Positions 45,641-55,880 of a DNA stretch of 64,000 nt are shown piece after piece. The notes under the pieces are model-generated. The model did not search any database, was not told the DNA's origin, and worked only from the letters and a program-made list of their open reading frames with translations. Made by a program: the position numbers and the translations under genes. Source of the DNA: Polyangiaceae bacterium (GTDB lineage: Bacteria > Myxococcota_A > Polyangia > Polyangiales > Polyangiaceae); contig JBILLK010000006.1 in the NCBI GenBank assembly GCA_044376115.1, positions 192,001-256,000 on the forward strand. Reading direction: 5' to 3'. Each line of letters starts with the position of its first letter. Positions within the stretch are counted from its first letter, which is position 1.

Positions 45641-46216
45641 CTACTTGCCCAGGAGGGCTTTGACCTCAGCGGCGATCTTCTCTTCTTCGCCGGTCTCGTA
45701 GCCAGCGTGGGTGTGGCGAATGTTGCCCTCTTTGTCGAGCACGAAGCTGGTGGGCATTTTCTCCGGGTTGTAGTCCTTCGACGTCTTGTGCTCCTTGTCC
45801 CAAACCACCGCGAACTTCACGTTGGTTTCGTTGGCGAACTCCTTGATCTTCTCGGGCGAGACGTCGCCGGGCTCGTCAACGCTCACGGCGATGACCGCAA
45901 GATCCCCACCGAATTGGTCCACCAACTCTTGGTACTTGGGGAACGACTTGCGACACGGGTCACAGTAGGTGGCCCAAAAGTCGACGATGACGACCTTGCC
46001 TTTGGCTTCCGCGATGCTCTTCGGGCCATCGCCGGTCACAAACTCTACCTGCAGCTCTTTGGCAGCGCTTCCGCCCGAGGCGGGTTCGCCGTTTTCAGGT
46101 TTGGCAGCGTCGGGGGTGCCTGAGGCGCAGCTCACCGTGGCAGCGACTGAAAGCAAAAGGCCAAGCGCGCCGAAGGCTCGCCCAAAAGCACCGGACTTAC
46201 CTGCATGGTTCATCAT
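45641..46216 (-). CDS. TlpA-family thioredoxin lipoprotein
   Basis: Lipobox TVSC, VDFWATYCDPC, MPTSFVLDKEG; SD AAGGAG. Confidence 0.92.
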   Translation of the reverse strand: MMNHAGKSGAFGRAFGALGLLLSVAATVSCASGTPDAAKPENGEPASGGSAAKELQVEFVTGDGPKSIAEAKGKVVIVDFWATYCDPCRKSFPKYQELVDQFGGDLAVIAVSVDEPGDVSPEKIKEFANETNVKFAVVWDKEHKTSKDYNPEKMPTSFVLDKEGNIRHTHAGYETGEEEKIAAEVKALLGK

Positions 46217-46420
46217 GAAAACGTGTCTCCTTGTCGAAACATTCGGGTGGATGCGCCCCGATGCGCGCGGCGGAGCTTAGCCTACCGGGAGAATTCGGGC
46301 GAGAGCTCCAACCACTCGACGCTCTAGGCCCTCGGTTCGGCTCGCAGCTCATGCACCCGTACACGGCTGCTGCTCAATCGAAGGTTGAGAAGGCTGGGCT
46401 TTCAGTGCAACATCGCTGAA

Positions 46421-47056
46421 ATGGTGGCCGTGGGCTCGAAACTGTTCGCCCTGCTCGCACTGAGCGTTCCTCTGGCGGTGATGTCGGCGTCGTGCGGTGT
46501 GGGCGACGCCATCTGCACCGACAAGACCGTTGAGGAAGACCGTGAGGACGCCTGCCCCTATGGCCCTCCCGGCGGACCGCAGCGTAAGAACGTCGATGGC
46601 TGTGTCGTGCCTCTCGACGACTCGAACTGCACGAAGACCTTTGCAGACGACGTGTACCCAATCCTGATTGCGCCTCCGGGGGCTCAGGGCGGCGGCGGCT
46701 GTACCCTCGCCGCGTGCCACGGTCCAGACGGCAGCGGTAAGGTCGATATGGTGGTGGCTGAAGACGCCACACCCGACGAACTCTACGAAGTCATGGCTGC
46801 GGTGCGCAATGAGGCCGGAGACCCATACGTCGCCGAGGGTGACTCCTCGGCCTACTTTTATTGCAACGTGAAGGCGATCGTTGGCGGCGGCAGCGCGATG
46901 CCACCGTCCGGTTTTGCGGCGGTCCCCGAGAATCTCGCGGTGCTCGAGGAGTGGGCGCGTTGTGGGATGAAGAACGACGGCGTCGGAACCGGCGGAGGTG
47001 GCGTCGGCGGGAGTGGTGGTGGCGGCGGCAGCGGCGGTGCTGGTGGCGGCCTGTGA
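46421..47056 (+). CDS. Lipoprotein, putative c-type cytochrome with CX4CH motif
   Basis: Lipobox SASC; FADDVYPIL...CTLAACHG; distal SAMPP. Confidence 0.6.
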   Translation: MVAVGSKLFALLALSVPLAVMSASCGVGDAICTDKTVEEDREDACPYGPPGGPQRKNVDGCVVPLDDSNCTKTFADDVYPILIAPPGAQGGGGCTLAACHGPDGSGKVDMVVAEDATPDELYEVMAAVRNEAGDPYVAEGDSSAYFYCNVKAIVGGGSAMPPSGFAAVPENLAVLEEWARCGMKNDGVGTGGGGVGGSGGGGGSGGAGGGL

Positions 47057-47121
47057 CACCCCGAGCGCGTTCGAGTGAGATCGTGCTAACCGCGAACGCC
47101 GGTGAGAGTTATATTCGCCCC

Positions 47122-47388
47122 ATGTCTCGCAAGCGAATTGGTTCCAGATCCTCCCGTCGCTCGCGCATGGCACTTGCCGCGCGCGTGTTGGCTTCGCTCG
47201 CAGTGCTATCGGCAGCCGTGTGCGCCACAGGCTGCACCGCGGTGGCGCCGTATGAACGCGGCAAGCTCGCGCACCCCACGATGACCGCCGGCGGTCTGAG
47301 CACGATGGGGGAGGAGCATCTTCACGCGATCTCCGAGGGCGCGACGGGTGGAAGCGGCGGAACTGGCAGCGGCTGCGGCTGTAACTGA
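47122..47388 (+). CDS. DUF4266 family small lipoprotein
   Basis: ATGC lipobox, VAPYERGKLA, H....EGATGG...GCGCN C-terminus. Confidence 0.88.
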   Translation: MSRKRIGSRSSRRSRMALAARVLASLAVLSAAVCATGCTAVAPYERGKLAHPTMTAGGLSTMGEEHLHAISEGATGGSGGTGSGCGCN

Positions 47389-47397
47389 CGTCCGTTC

Positions 47398-49599
47398 GTG
47401 ATGAAGTTTGTTGCCAACGCATCGTTCGGGACGGGCTCTTCGCTTGCAACCAAAGGGTGCCTGGCGCTGCTGCTCGCGGTTCTTGTGGGAGCCACATCTC
47501 AGGTCGCTCTAGCGGGCCCAGACACTTCGGCGAATGACGCTGAAGTCGAGGTCTTGGTTCAAAGCGTCTTTGAGGCGGAGTACCCGAAGAAGCAGTACGT
47601 CGAAGCGCTCGAGAAGCTTCAGCTCGCGTCCACGGTGTGCCAGGAAGGCAGCTGCGGCGCCAAGATGCGTGCGCGCGTGCTGATCGGCGTTGCGACTGTC
47701 CTCGCCGGTGGTCTCGAACAAAAGAATGATGCGGTCGAGGTCTTCAAGATCGCCCTGAAAGAGGACCCCAAAGTTACGCTGATCAAGGGCTTCGATACGG
47801 GGGCCATTCGCTCGGCTTGGGACGCGGCACGCGGGCAGAGTTCGAGCACCGGACCTGCGCCGATCGAGCGCAAGAAGTATCCCGGAGGCAGGCTTCCCCC
47901 GCGAGGCTGGAAAAGCGCCGAGGCGTTCTTCTACTACCAAGAGGCAGCCAAAGCCGAAGACGAGCGCTCGTGGGCGCTTTGCGCTGGCTACGCTGGTGAT
48001 TCCTTCGCAGCAGAAGGGCGCATCGCCACGCGTTACTTGCGCGGAAAATGTCACGACCTCGCAGGCAACTGGGTCGAGGCCATCGCTGATTTTGAGGTGG
48101 TGGCAGCCGAGGCACCCAAACTCGGCATGCTCGAGTCCGGAGCAAAGGCCAAGCAGCGCTACGAGGAGATGAACGCCAAAATGCCGAAGCTGGTGCTTCG
48201 GCCTCCGCCGAACGCCGAGGCGCTCGAGGTCTTCCTCGACGATGAGCCAGTGTCCGCAGACAAACTCGGCGGCGAGTTGTGGGCCAACCCTGGTCAGCGT
48301 CGCATCCGCGCGAGCGGCAAGGTTGGCGGCCAGCAGCTCTCGTTTCAGCGCGATCTGACCCTCAACGAGGGCAAGGTCGAGACGGTCGATATTCGGCTGG
48401 TCCCGGCGACGCAGGTCGCCAGCGACAACCGCGTGCTCAAATGTTTGGAGAAGTCGAAGTCGCGTGACGAACTCGCAGAGTGCATCGGCGAGGGGACGGG
48501 GCGGCCCGTCAACGTGCGGGTCGCGGGCGAGTTCTCCGGCTACTTGGATGACGACAACACTAGCGTGCTTTCTCCCGCTGTGGTCGTGCGCGTCACCAGC
48601 CCGACCGACGGCTGGACCTTGGGTGGCGCCTTCCTTGTCGACGTCGTTACTACGGCCTCGACAGACATCGTTGCCACCGCTTCTCCCCGCTGGACCGAGA
48701 CTCGGTATGTCCCCAACATCAACGGCAGCAAGAAGTTCGGTGACGTCACGCTCGGACTCAGCTCCGGCCTTTCGATCGAGCCCGACTACTTATCGATCGC
48801 CGCCGGTGCGAACTTCTCCGCCGACGTCGTCGACAAGCGGCTCACGCCGAGCTTGGCCTACGGCTTCGGTTACGACATCCAAGGGCGCAGCGGCACCAGC
48901 TTCGACGCCTTCAGCTCGATCATCTACCAAAACAGCATCGATGCCGGCCTTTCGATCGTCGCGGACAAAGCCACCGTGGTGACCGCGGGAGCCACCGTGA
49001 TTTTGCAAAATGGCGACACCTCGAAGCCGTATCGCTATGTGCCGCTTTTCACGCCGGAGATCGTCAACCAAATCCCCGCTGGCCTCGTTCGCCAAGAGGT
49101 TGATCGTGTGCGATCTCAGACTCGCGCGCTTGAACAGCTGCCGACGGATCGTCAGCGTTACGCACTGAGCGGCCGCGTCGCCCACCGATTCGATGCCAGC
49201 ACTTTACGTGTTGATGAGCGGCTCTACATGGATAGCTGGGGCATCATGGCCAGCACCACCGATTCATTGTGGCTGTTCGACGTAGAGCAATTCCGCTTCT
49301 GGCCGCATGTGCGATTTCACGCGCAGGGCGGTGCGGACTTTTGGCAGGTCGCCTACCCGGTGATCGAGAACCCTTCGGGCGAGCTGATTCTGCCCAACTT
49401 CCGCACGGGGGATCGCGAGCTTGGCCCCATGCTCGGGCTCTCCTTCGGCGGTGGCGCTCGCATGGCCGCAGGTGAAGCGAAGAACTGGGGCTTCACCCTC
49501 AGCGGTGACGCTGTGTACAACCGCTATCTCAATCACCTCTACATCATTGAACGCTGGGGCGGCTACGCCGCGCTCGGCGTGGAGGTCGACGTCGAATGA
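47398..49599 (+). CDS. DUF3570 outer-membrane beta-barrel fused to N-terminal TPR/PEGA-like domains
   Basis: VDVVTTAS.DIVATAS..WTETR, EPDYLS, EQLPTDR.R, Y.DSWG, GDREL; terminal beta strand; follows DUF4266. Confidence 0.8.
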   Translation: MMKFVANASFGTGSSLATKGCLALLLAVLVGATSQVALAGPDTSANDAEVEVLVQSVFEAEYPKKQYVEALEKLQLASTVCQEGSCGAKMRARVLIGVATVLAGGLEQKNDAVEVFKIALKEDPKVTLIKGFDTGAIRSAWDAARGQSSSTGPAPIERKKYPGGRLPPRGWKSAEAFFYYQEAAKAEDERSWALCAGYAGDSFAAEGRIATRYLRGKCHDLAGNWVEAIADFEVVAAEAPKLGMLESGAKAKQRYEEMNAKMPKLVLRPPPNAEALEVFLDDEPVSADKLGGELWANPGQRRIRASGKVGGQQLSFQRDLTLNEGKVETVDIRLVPATQVASDNRVLKCLEKSKSRDELAECIGEGTGRPVNVRVAGEFSGYLDDDNTSVLSPAVVVRVTSPTDGWTLGGAFLVDVVTTASTDIVATASPRWTETRYVPNINGSKKFGDVTLGLSSGLSIEPDYLSIAAGANFSADVVDKRLTPSLAYGFGYDIQGRSGTSFDAFSSIIYQNSIDAGLSIVADKATVVTAGATVILQNGDTSKPYRYVPLFTPEIVNQIPAGLVRQEVDRVRSQTRALEQLPTDRQRYALSGRVAHRFDASTLRVDERLYMDSWGIMASTTDSLWLFDVEQFRFWPHVRFHAQGGADFWQVAYPVIENPSGELILPNFRTGDRELGPMLGLSFGGGARMAAGEAKNWGFTLSGDAVYNRYLNHLYIIERWGGYAALGVEVDVE

Positions 49600-50243
49600 C
49601 CGCCAACCAACCACGTCCGTTCAACGCCGCCCGTGTGAAGGTCGTCGCGCAGCTGATGCTGGTTGCGCTGGCCGTCGGCTGTGGCAACCCCGTCGCGGAT
49701 GAAAAGATCGAGGCCCTCGGAGCCGAGGTCGAGGGCGTCGAACCGGGGGAACACCATCGGCCCGGTCAGCCCTGCGTGCTGTGTCACAGCAAGGCCGGGG
49801 GAGCCGATCCGCACATGGCGATCGGCGGAACCATTTTCGCGGACCAACGCAGTTTTCTGCCGGTCGAGGGCGCTGAGGTCGTGATCTACGACACCTTGGG
49901 CGACGTCTACACGATGACGTCCAACTGCATCGGCAACTTCTACCTCGAGGACACCGATCTCATTCCGCAGTTCCCGCTTGCTGTCGAAGTGCGATGCCCA
50001 ACCTACAATGCTGCCGGCGAGCGGTTGGAAGCGCCCAAGGTGGTGTCGATGAACAGCTGGATCAGCCGGGATGGAAGCTGTGCTTCTTGTCACTCGTTGA
50101 GCGGGACTCAGGTTGATTCGACCGGCTGGATTTTCTGCAATGACCCTTCAGCCATTGCGGCCAACCCGTACCCTGAAGTTGCACCAACGTGCCCCGGCAA
50201 GGCGCCTCAAGAAGCTGGAGAGGCTGCGGAGACATCACCATGA
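49596..50243 (+). CDS. Di-heme c-type cytochrome lipoprotein
   Basis: Lipobox AVGC; HRPGQPCVLCH and GSCASCH; ATGA overlap. Confidence 0.75.
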   Translation: MTANQPRPFNAARVKVVAQLMLVALAVGCGNPVADEKIEALGAEVEGVEPGEHHRPGQPCVLCHSKAGGADPHMAIGGTIFADQRSFLPVEGAEVVIYDTLGDVYTMTSNCIGNFYLEDTDLIPQFPLAVEVRCPTYNAAGERLEAPKVVSMNSWISRDGSCASCHSLSGTQVDSTGWIFCNDPSAIAANPYPEVAPTCPGKAPQEAGEAAETSP

Positions 50244-50776
50244 GCATGTCGCCCTTTCGACACGTGATCACGCTCTCGTTAGCCGGGCTTGCTTGCGCAA
50301 CCTCTGCCTGCTCGGTTGACCTCGCACCCAACACGACCAACTGCCCGCCGCTGGAAGACTTCCAGGCCGTTTCCCCTCTACTCGAGCAACGTTGTGGGAC
50401 GCTGGACTGCCATGGCAATGACGCCCGCCCGCTCCGGCTCTACGGCCAGAATGGGCTTCGTTTCGTGGGTGACGAGGAAGACCCCGACCTCTACTCCGGC
50501 AACCTCGCCGCCCCGACGACCCCGCTCGAAAGAGAACGCAATTACTACGCCGTTTGTGGTCTCGAGCCGGAGAAGATGGTGGCCGTCTCCCAAGGGGAAG
50601 ATCCCGATACCCTGACCTTGGTGCGCAAGGCGCGCCTGACCGAGAAACACAAGGGCGGCAGAATCTGGGACAAGGGCAAGGTCGAGGATCGCTGCCTCGT
50701 TGGCTGGCTGACGACCGACCTCGACACGCCCGGCGAAATGGACACGAAGGACTGCGACGAAGCCGCGGGTCTTTGA
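50240..50776 (+). CDS. Lipoprotein, putative c-type cytochrome with CX4CH motif
   Basis: Lipobox TSAC; FQAVSPLLEQRCGTLDCHG; distal KHKGG; ATGA overlap. Confidence 0.65.
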   Translation: MSMSPFRHVITLSLAGLACATSACSVDLAPNTTNCPPLEDFQAVSPLLEQRCGTLDCHGNDARPLRLYGQNGLRFVGDEEDPDLYSGNLAAPTTPLERERNYYAVCGLEPEKMVAVSQGEDPDTLTLVRKARLTEKHKGGRIWDKGKVEDRCLVGWLTTDLDTPGEMDTKDCDEAAGL

Positions 50777-50830
50777 AGCCCCCGCGGCTCTTGTGACGCT
50801 CGTTTGCGTCGAAACCGTTTGAGTCGAATC

Positions 50831-50863
50831 CGCCGGTCCTCGCGTCGCGAGCGAGAACCGGCG
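50831..50863. terminator. Hairpin between convergent genes
   Basis: CGCCGGT-C-CTCGC...GCGAG-A-ACCGGCG. Confidence 0.55.
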
Positions 50864-50873
50864 CTTCAGTCGT

Positions 50874-52496
50874 TCAGATTACGCCGAACTTCTTGCCAAC
50901 CTTCTCGAACGCCTCGAGCGCGCGGTCGAGGTGGTGCTTCTCGTGCGTCGCCATGTAGCTGGTGCGCAGCACCTGCTGCTTGGGTGGAACCCCGGGGGTG
51001 ATGAAGGGGTTCACGTAGATGTTGTGGTCGTCGAGCAGGCTCTTCCACATCATCACGGTGCGCAGATCCTGACGGATGTAGATGGGGATGACGGCCGTTT
51101 GCGTGGTGCCGAGCTCAAAGCCGAGCCGCTTCAGCTCGTTGCGCATGTAGGTGAAGTTCTCGCGCAGCTTCTCTTGTCGCCACGGTTCTTCCTGCATCAC
51201 GTCGAGGGCGGCCATGGCGGCAGCTACACAGGGCGGTGCAGCGCTCGCGGCAAACAGGAAGGAGAAGGCGAAGTGCCGAACGTAGTCGAGCACCTTGCGA
51301 TCCCCGACCAGCCAGCCACCGATCGAGGCGAGCGACTTGGAGAAGGTGCCACCGATCAGATCGACGTCGTCTTGGACGCCGAAATGCGCCGCGGTTCCGC
51401 GACCGCCCGGCCCGAGGACGCCCAGCCCGTGTGCGTCGTCCACCATGATGCGCGCCTTGTGCTTCTTGGTCACACGCACGAGATCCGGCAGGTTGGCGAT
51501 TTCACCCTGCGCGCTGAAGACGCCATCGGTAATGACGAACGCGCCCTCGCTGTCGGTTAGCTCGGAGAGAGCCTGGTCCAGCGATTCTGCGTCGTTGTGC
51601 TTGTAGCGCACCATGCGGGCCTTGTTGGCCTGGCCCAGCCGGATACCGTCGTAGATCGACGCGTGCACGTCTTTGTCCACCACGCCCACCGCCGACTTGT
51701 TCGAGAGCAAAGCGGAGATCGTGGCGATGTTCACTTGATAGCCGGTGGTGAACACCAGGCCGGCCTCTTTGCCGTGGTACGCCGCGAGCTTGTTCTCGAG
51801 CTCCTCGTGCAGGCGCATCGAGCCGTTGACCAAGCGCGAGCCGGTCATGCTGGTGCCGTACTTGTCGATCGCCTGCTTGGCCGCCTCGCGCACCTTCGGG
51901 TGGGTGGTCAGGCCCAAGTAGTTGTTCGACCCGAGCATGATGACCTCACGGCCTTCGAGCTGGGCGATCGGCCCGTTGTTGAAGTCGAGCGGTCGGAAGA
52001 AGGGGTAAACGCCCATCGAGCGGGCGTTGTCCGCAGTCATGAACTTGAAGCACTTATCGAACACGTCGCGCCCGCCGACCTTCGACAAGCTCGCGCGCTC
52101 GGCCATCGACTGAGCCAGGTCGGCCTCGGAGGAATTGCGCGGGCCAACGGGGGTGGAGGCAACACGCGGTGTCGAACTCGGTGCCTCGCTCTCGGCTTCT
52201 GCTTGCGCGGCGTGAACCGCGTGACCGTTGCTGCCGTTGACATGGCCGTTGCTGGCGGCGGCGGCCTTCGTCTTGCCGCTGTCGACGACGTCGGCCTCGT
52301 TGTAGTCGAGCGCCGGGTCGATCGAGGGCAGCGCGTGACCATCGCGCAACACCACCAACGCCTGTGTTGCCAGCTCCGAAGCCGCACCAAGCCGATTCTT
52401 GGCGTCCATCACGCCATTCGTAACCTTCATCACACGGTCGTCGCTCAACAGGCGCAGGACCAGACCGGAAGAACCGAGACGTTCGAGCAGGCTCAT
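50874..52496 (-). CDS. spt: Serine palmitoyltransferase (alpha-oxoamine synthase family) with N-terminal extension
   Basis: GVYPFFR, MLGSNNYLGL, TGSRLVNG, HASIYDG, DDAHG, GTFSKSLASIGG. Confidence 0.75.
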   Translation of the reverse strand: MSLLERLGSSGLVLRLLSDDRVMKVTNGVMDAKNRLGAASELATQALVVLRDGHALPSIDPALDYNEADVVDSGKTKAAAASNGHVNGSNGHAVHAAQAEAESEAPSSTPRVASTPVGPRNSSEADLAQSMAERASLSKVGGRDVFDKCFKFMTADNARSMGVYPFFRPLDFNNGPIAQLEGREVIMLGSNNYLGLTTHPKVREAAKQAIDKYGTSMTGSRLVNGSMRLHEELENKLAAYHGKEAGLVFTTGYQVNIATISALLSNKSAVGVVDKDVHASIYDGIRLGQANKARMVRYKHNDAESLDQALSELTDSEGAFVITDGVFSAQGEIANLPDLVRVTKKHKARIMVDDAHGLGVLGPGGRGTAAHFGVQDDVDLIGGTFSKSLASIGGWLVGDRKVLDYVRHFAFSFLFAASAAPPCVAAAMAALDVMQEEPWRQEKLRENFTYMRNELKRLGFELGTTQTAVIPIYIRQDLRTVMMWKSLLDDHNIYVNPFITPGVPPKQQVLRTSYMATHEKHHLDRALEAFEKVGKKFGVI

Positions 52497-52639
52497 GATG
52501 GTCCCCGTCTACGCAATCCACCGGGGGGTTTGAAGCCCCAAACTCTACAAAAAGTAGCGTAATTCCTTGCGCGGCCTCGTGAGTGGCTCGCTACTAATTG
52601 CGAACTCGTGGAGTGCGGTGTAGAAAAACTTGCATACCC

Positions 52640-54001
<1,362 letters not shown>

Positions 54002-54091
54002 CGCCAGCACCGCTTTGGGGGCAGCGCTGCTTGTGGTGTTCCTTGCGCGTAGCGAACTCTTGGTGCGTGATTCGAAGCGAAGGTTGATGCA

Positions 54092-55774
54092 GTGAACATT
54101 CCGCGCTGGCTACCCGGGGTATCGGCGGCTCTCAGCTACGAACGACGCTTTCTGCGCCCGGACCTCATAGCCGGGCTCACCGTCGGCGCGATGCTGATCC
54201 CGCAATCGATGGCCTACGCCGAACTCGCCGGGATGCCGCCAGCGTCGGGATTTCACGCCGTATTGCTCGCCCTGGTCGTCTACGCCGTGCTCGGAAGCTC
54301 GAGGCACTTGGGGGTTGGACCCGAGCCGGGAACCGCGATTCTCGCGGCCACTGGCGTGGGCGCATTGTCGCTCGGTGACCCCAGCCGATTTGCGTCGTTG
54401 ATGGTGGTGGTCGCCTTCGTCGTGGGGGCGCTCTGTCTTGCTGGAGCGCTGTTGCGACTCGGCTTTCTCGCTGAGCTGCTTTCGAAGCCAGTGCTGGTGG
54501 GCTACATCACCGGTGTCGGCCTCACGTTGATCTCGAGCCAGTTGGGTAAGTCCACCGGGATGTCGCTCAAGGCCGATGGCTTCTTTCCTCGGGTTGCATT
54601 GTTCGGTTCGCGGCTCGCCGAGGTCCATCCGCTCAGCCTCGTGGTGACCTTGGTAACGCTCGGCGTTTTGCTGGCGCTGCGGAGGTTTGCGCCGAAGTTA
54701 CCGGGCGCGCTTCTCGGCGTCAGCGGGGCTACCTTCGTGAGTTACGCGCTCGCGCTACCGAGCCACGGGCTGCGCGTCGTGGGGGAGATATCGGCGAGCT
54801 TGCCGCATCTGACCGTTCCGAGTTTAAGCTGGGCGGATCTGCACGCGGTGTTACCAACGGCGGTCGGTATCGCGCTCGTCGGCTACACCGACAACGTGCT
54901 CACGGCGCGCTCGGTCGCTGCGCGGCTTGGCTACCGAGTGAACGCGACACAAGAGTTGCTCGCCTTGGGAGCGATCAACGTGGCCTCGGCGCTGTCCGGA
55001 GGCTTCGCGGTGTCCTCCAGCGCAAGCCGGACTGCGGTGCCCGCTGCGCTCGAAAGCAAGACCCAGTTGGTGAGCTTGGTGGCGGCGGCCTTCGTCGTGG
55101 TGGCGATCCTCGGTTTCGGGCCGGTACTCTCGCAGATGCCGGAGCCAGCGTTATCCGCGGTCATTCTCTCAGCGGGGGTCGCGATCATCGATGTCGAGGG
55201 GTTCCGTCGGCTTTGGTCGCTCAGCAGGCTCGAGTTCGGGATCGCGGTGCTGGCGGCGTTGAGCGTGATGGTGTTCGACGTGTTGACCGGCGTCCTGCTC
55301 GCCGTCGCTGCCTCCGTGTTGCTCGCGCTTGGCAGAATCGCCGTTCCGAGTGACTCGATTCTGGCGCGCGCAGACAAGCTGGACGGCTGGGTGGATGCCA
55401 AGGAGTACCACCTCGCAACCACGCCCGGGCTGCTCGTCTATCGCTTTGATGCGCCGCTCTTCTTCGCCAACGCCAATCGCTTTCGCGAGCGGCTCGCGAA
55501 CGCTCTGCGGGTGAACCCCGGGCGGGAGGAGTGGGTCGTGCTCGACTTCGAGGGCGTCGGCGAGATCGACGCAACGGCGATCGAGATGCTCGAGGACCTG
55601 ATTGCGGAGCACGAGCGAGCCGGCCTGGTGATCGCGATCGCGCGTGCCAATCCGCGAGCGATTGAGCGACTCGAACGCTCAGGGCTCTGCCGTGAACGTC
55701 GCTACCCGACGATCAACAGCGCGGTGAAGGCGTTCAATGAACGCACGTTGCAACGCGAACCTTCCCTCGACTGA
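54092..55774 (+). CDS. SulP/SLC26 anion transporter with STAS domain
   Basis: DLIAGLTVGAMLIPQSMAYA, GSSRHL.VGP, SSSASRT, YRFDAPLFFANA. Confidence 0.95.
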   Translation: MNIPRWLPGVSAALSYERRFLRPDLIAGLTVGAMLIPQSMAYAELAGMPPASGFHAVLLALVVYAVLGSSRHLGVGPEPGTAILAATGVGALSLGDPSRFASLMVVVAFVVGALCLAGALLRLGFLAELLSKPVLVGYITGVGLTLISSQLGKSTGMSLKADGFFPRVALFGSRLAEVHPLSLVVTLVTLGVLLALRRFAPKLPGALLGVSGATFVSYALALPSHGLRVVGEISASLPHLTVPSLSWADLHAVLPTAVGIALVGYTDNVLTARSVAARLGYRVNATQELLALGAINVASALSGGFAVSSSASRTAVPAALESKTQLVSLVAAAFVVVAILGFGPVLSQMPEPALSAVILSAGVAIIDVEGFRRLWSLSRLEFGIAVLAALSVMVFDVLTGVLLAVAASVLLALGRIAVPSDSILARADKLDGWVDAKEYHLATTPGLLVYRFDAPLFFANANRFRERLANALRVNPGREEWVVLDFEGVGEIDATAIEMLEDLIAEHERAGLVIAIARANPRAIERLERSGLCRERRYPTINSAVKAFNERTLQREPSLD

Positions 55775-55880
55775 GGGCTTGTTGACCGGCAGATAGTGGC
55801 AGCGGGGGCATCTTCCACCGCGGCCGGAACTGGTGTTCGCGACGCTTGACGGCTGCGTCGCAAACCGTCACAACCGCTGC

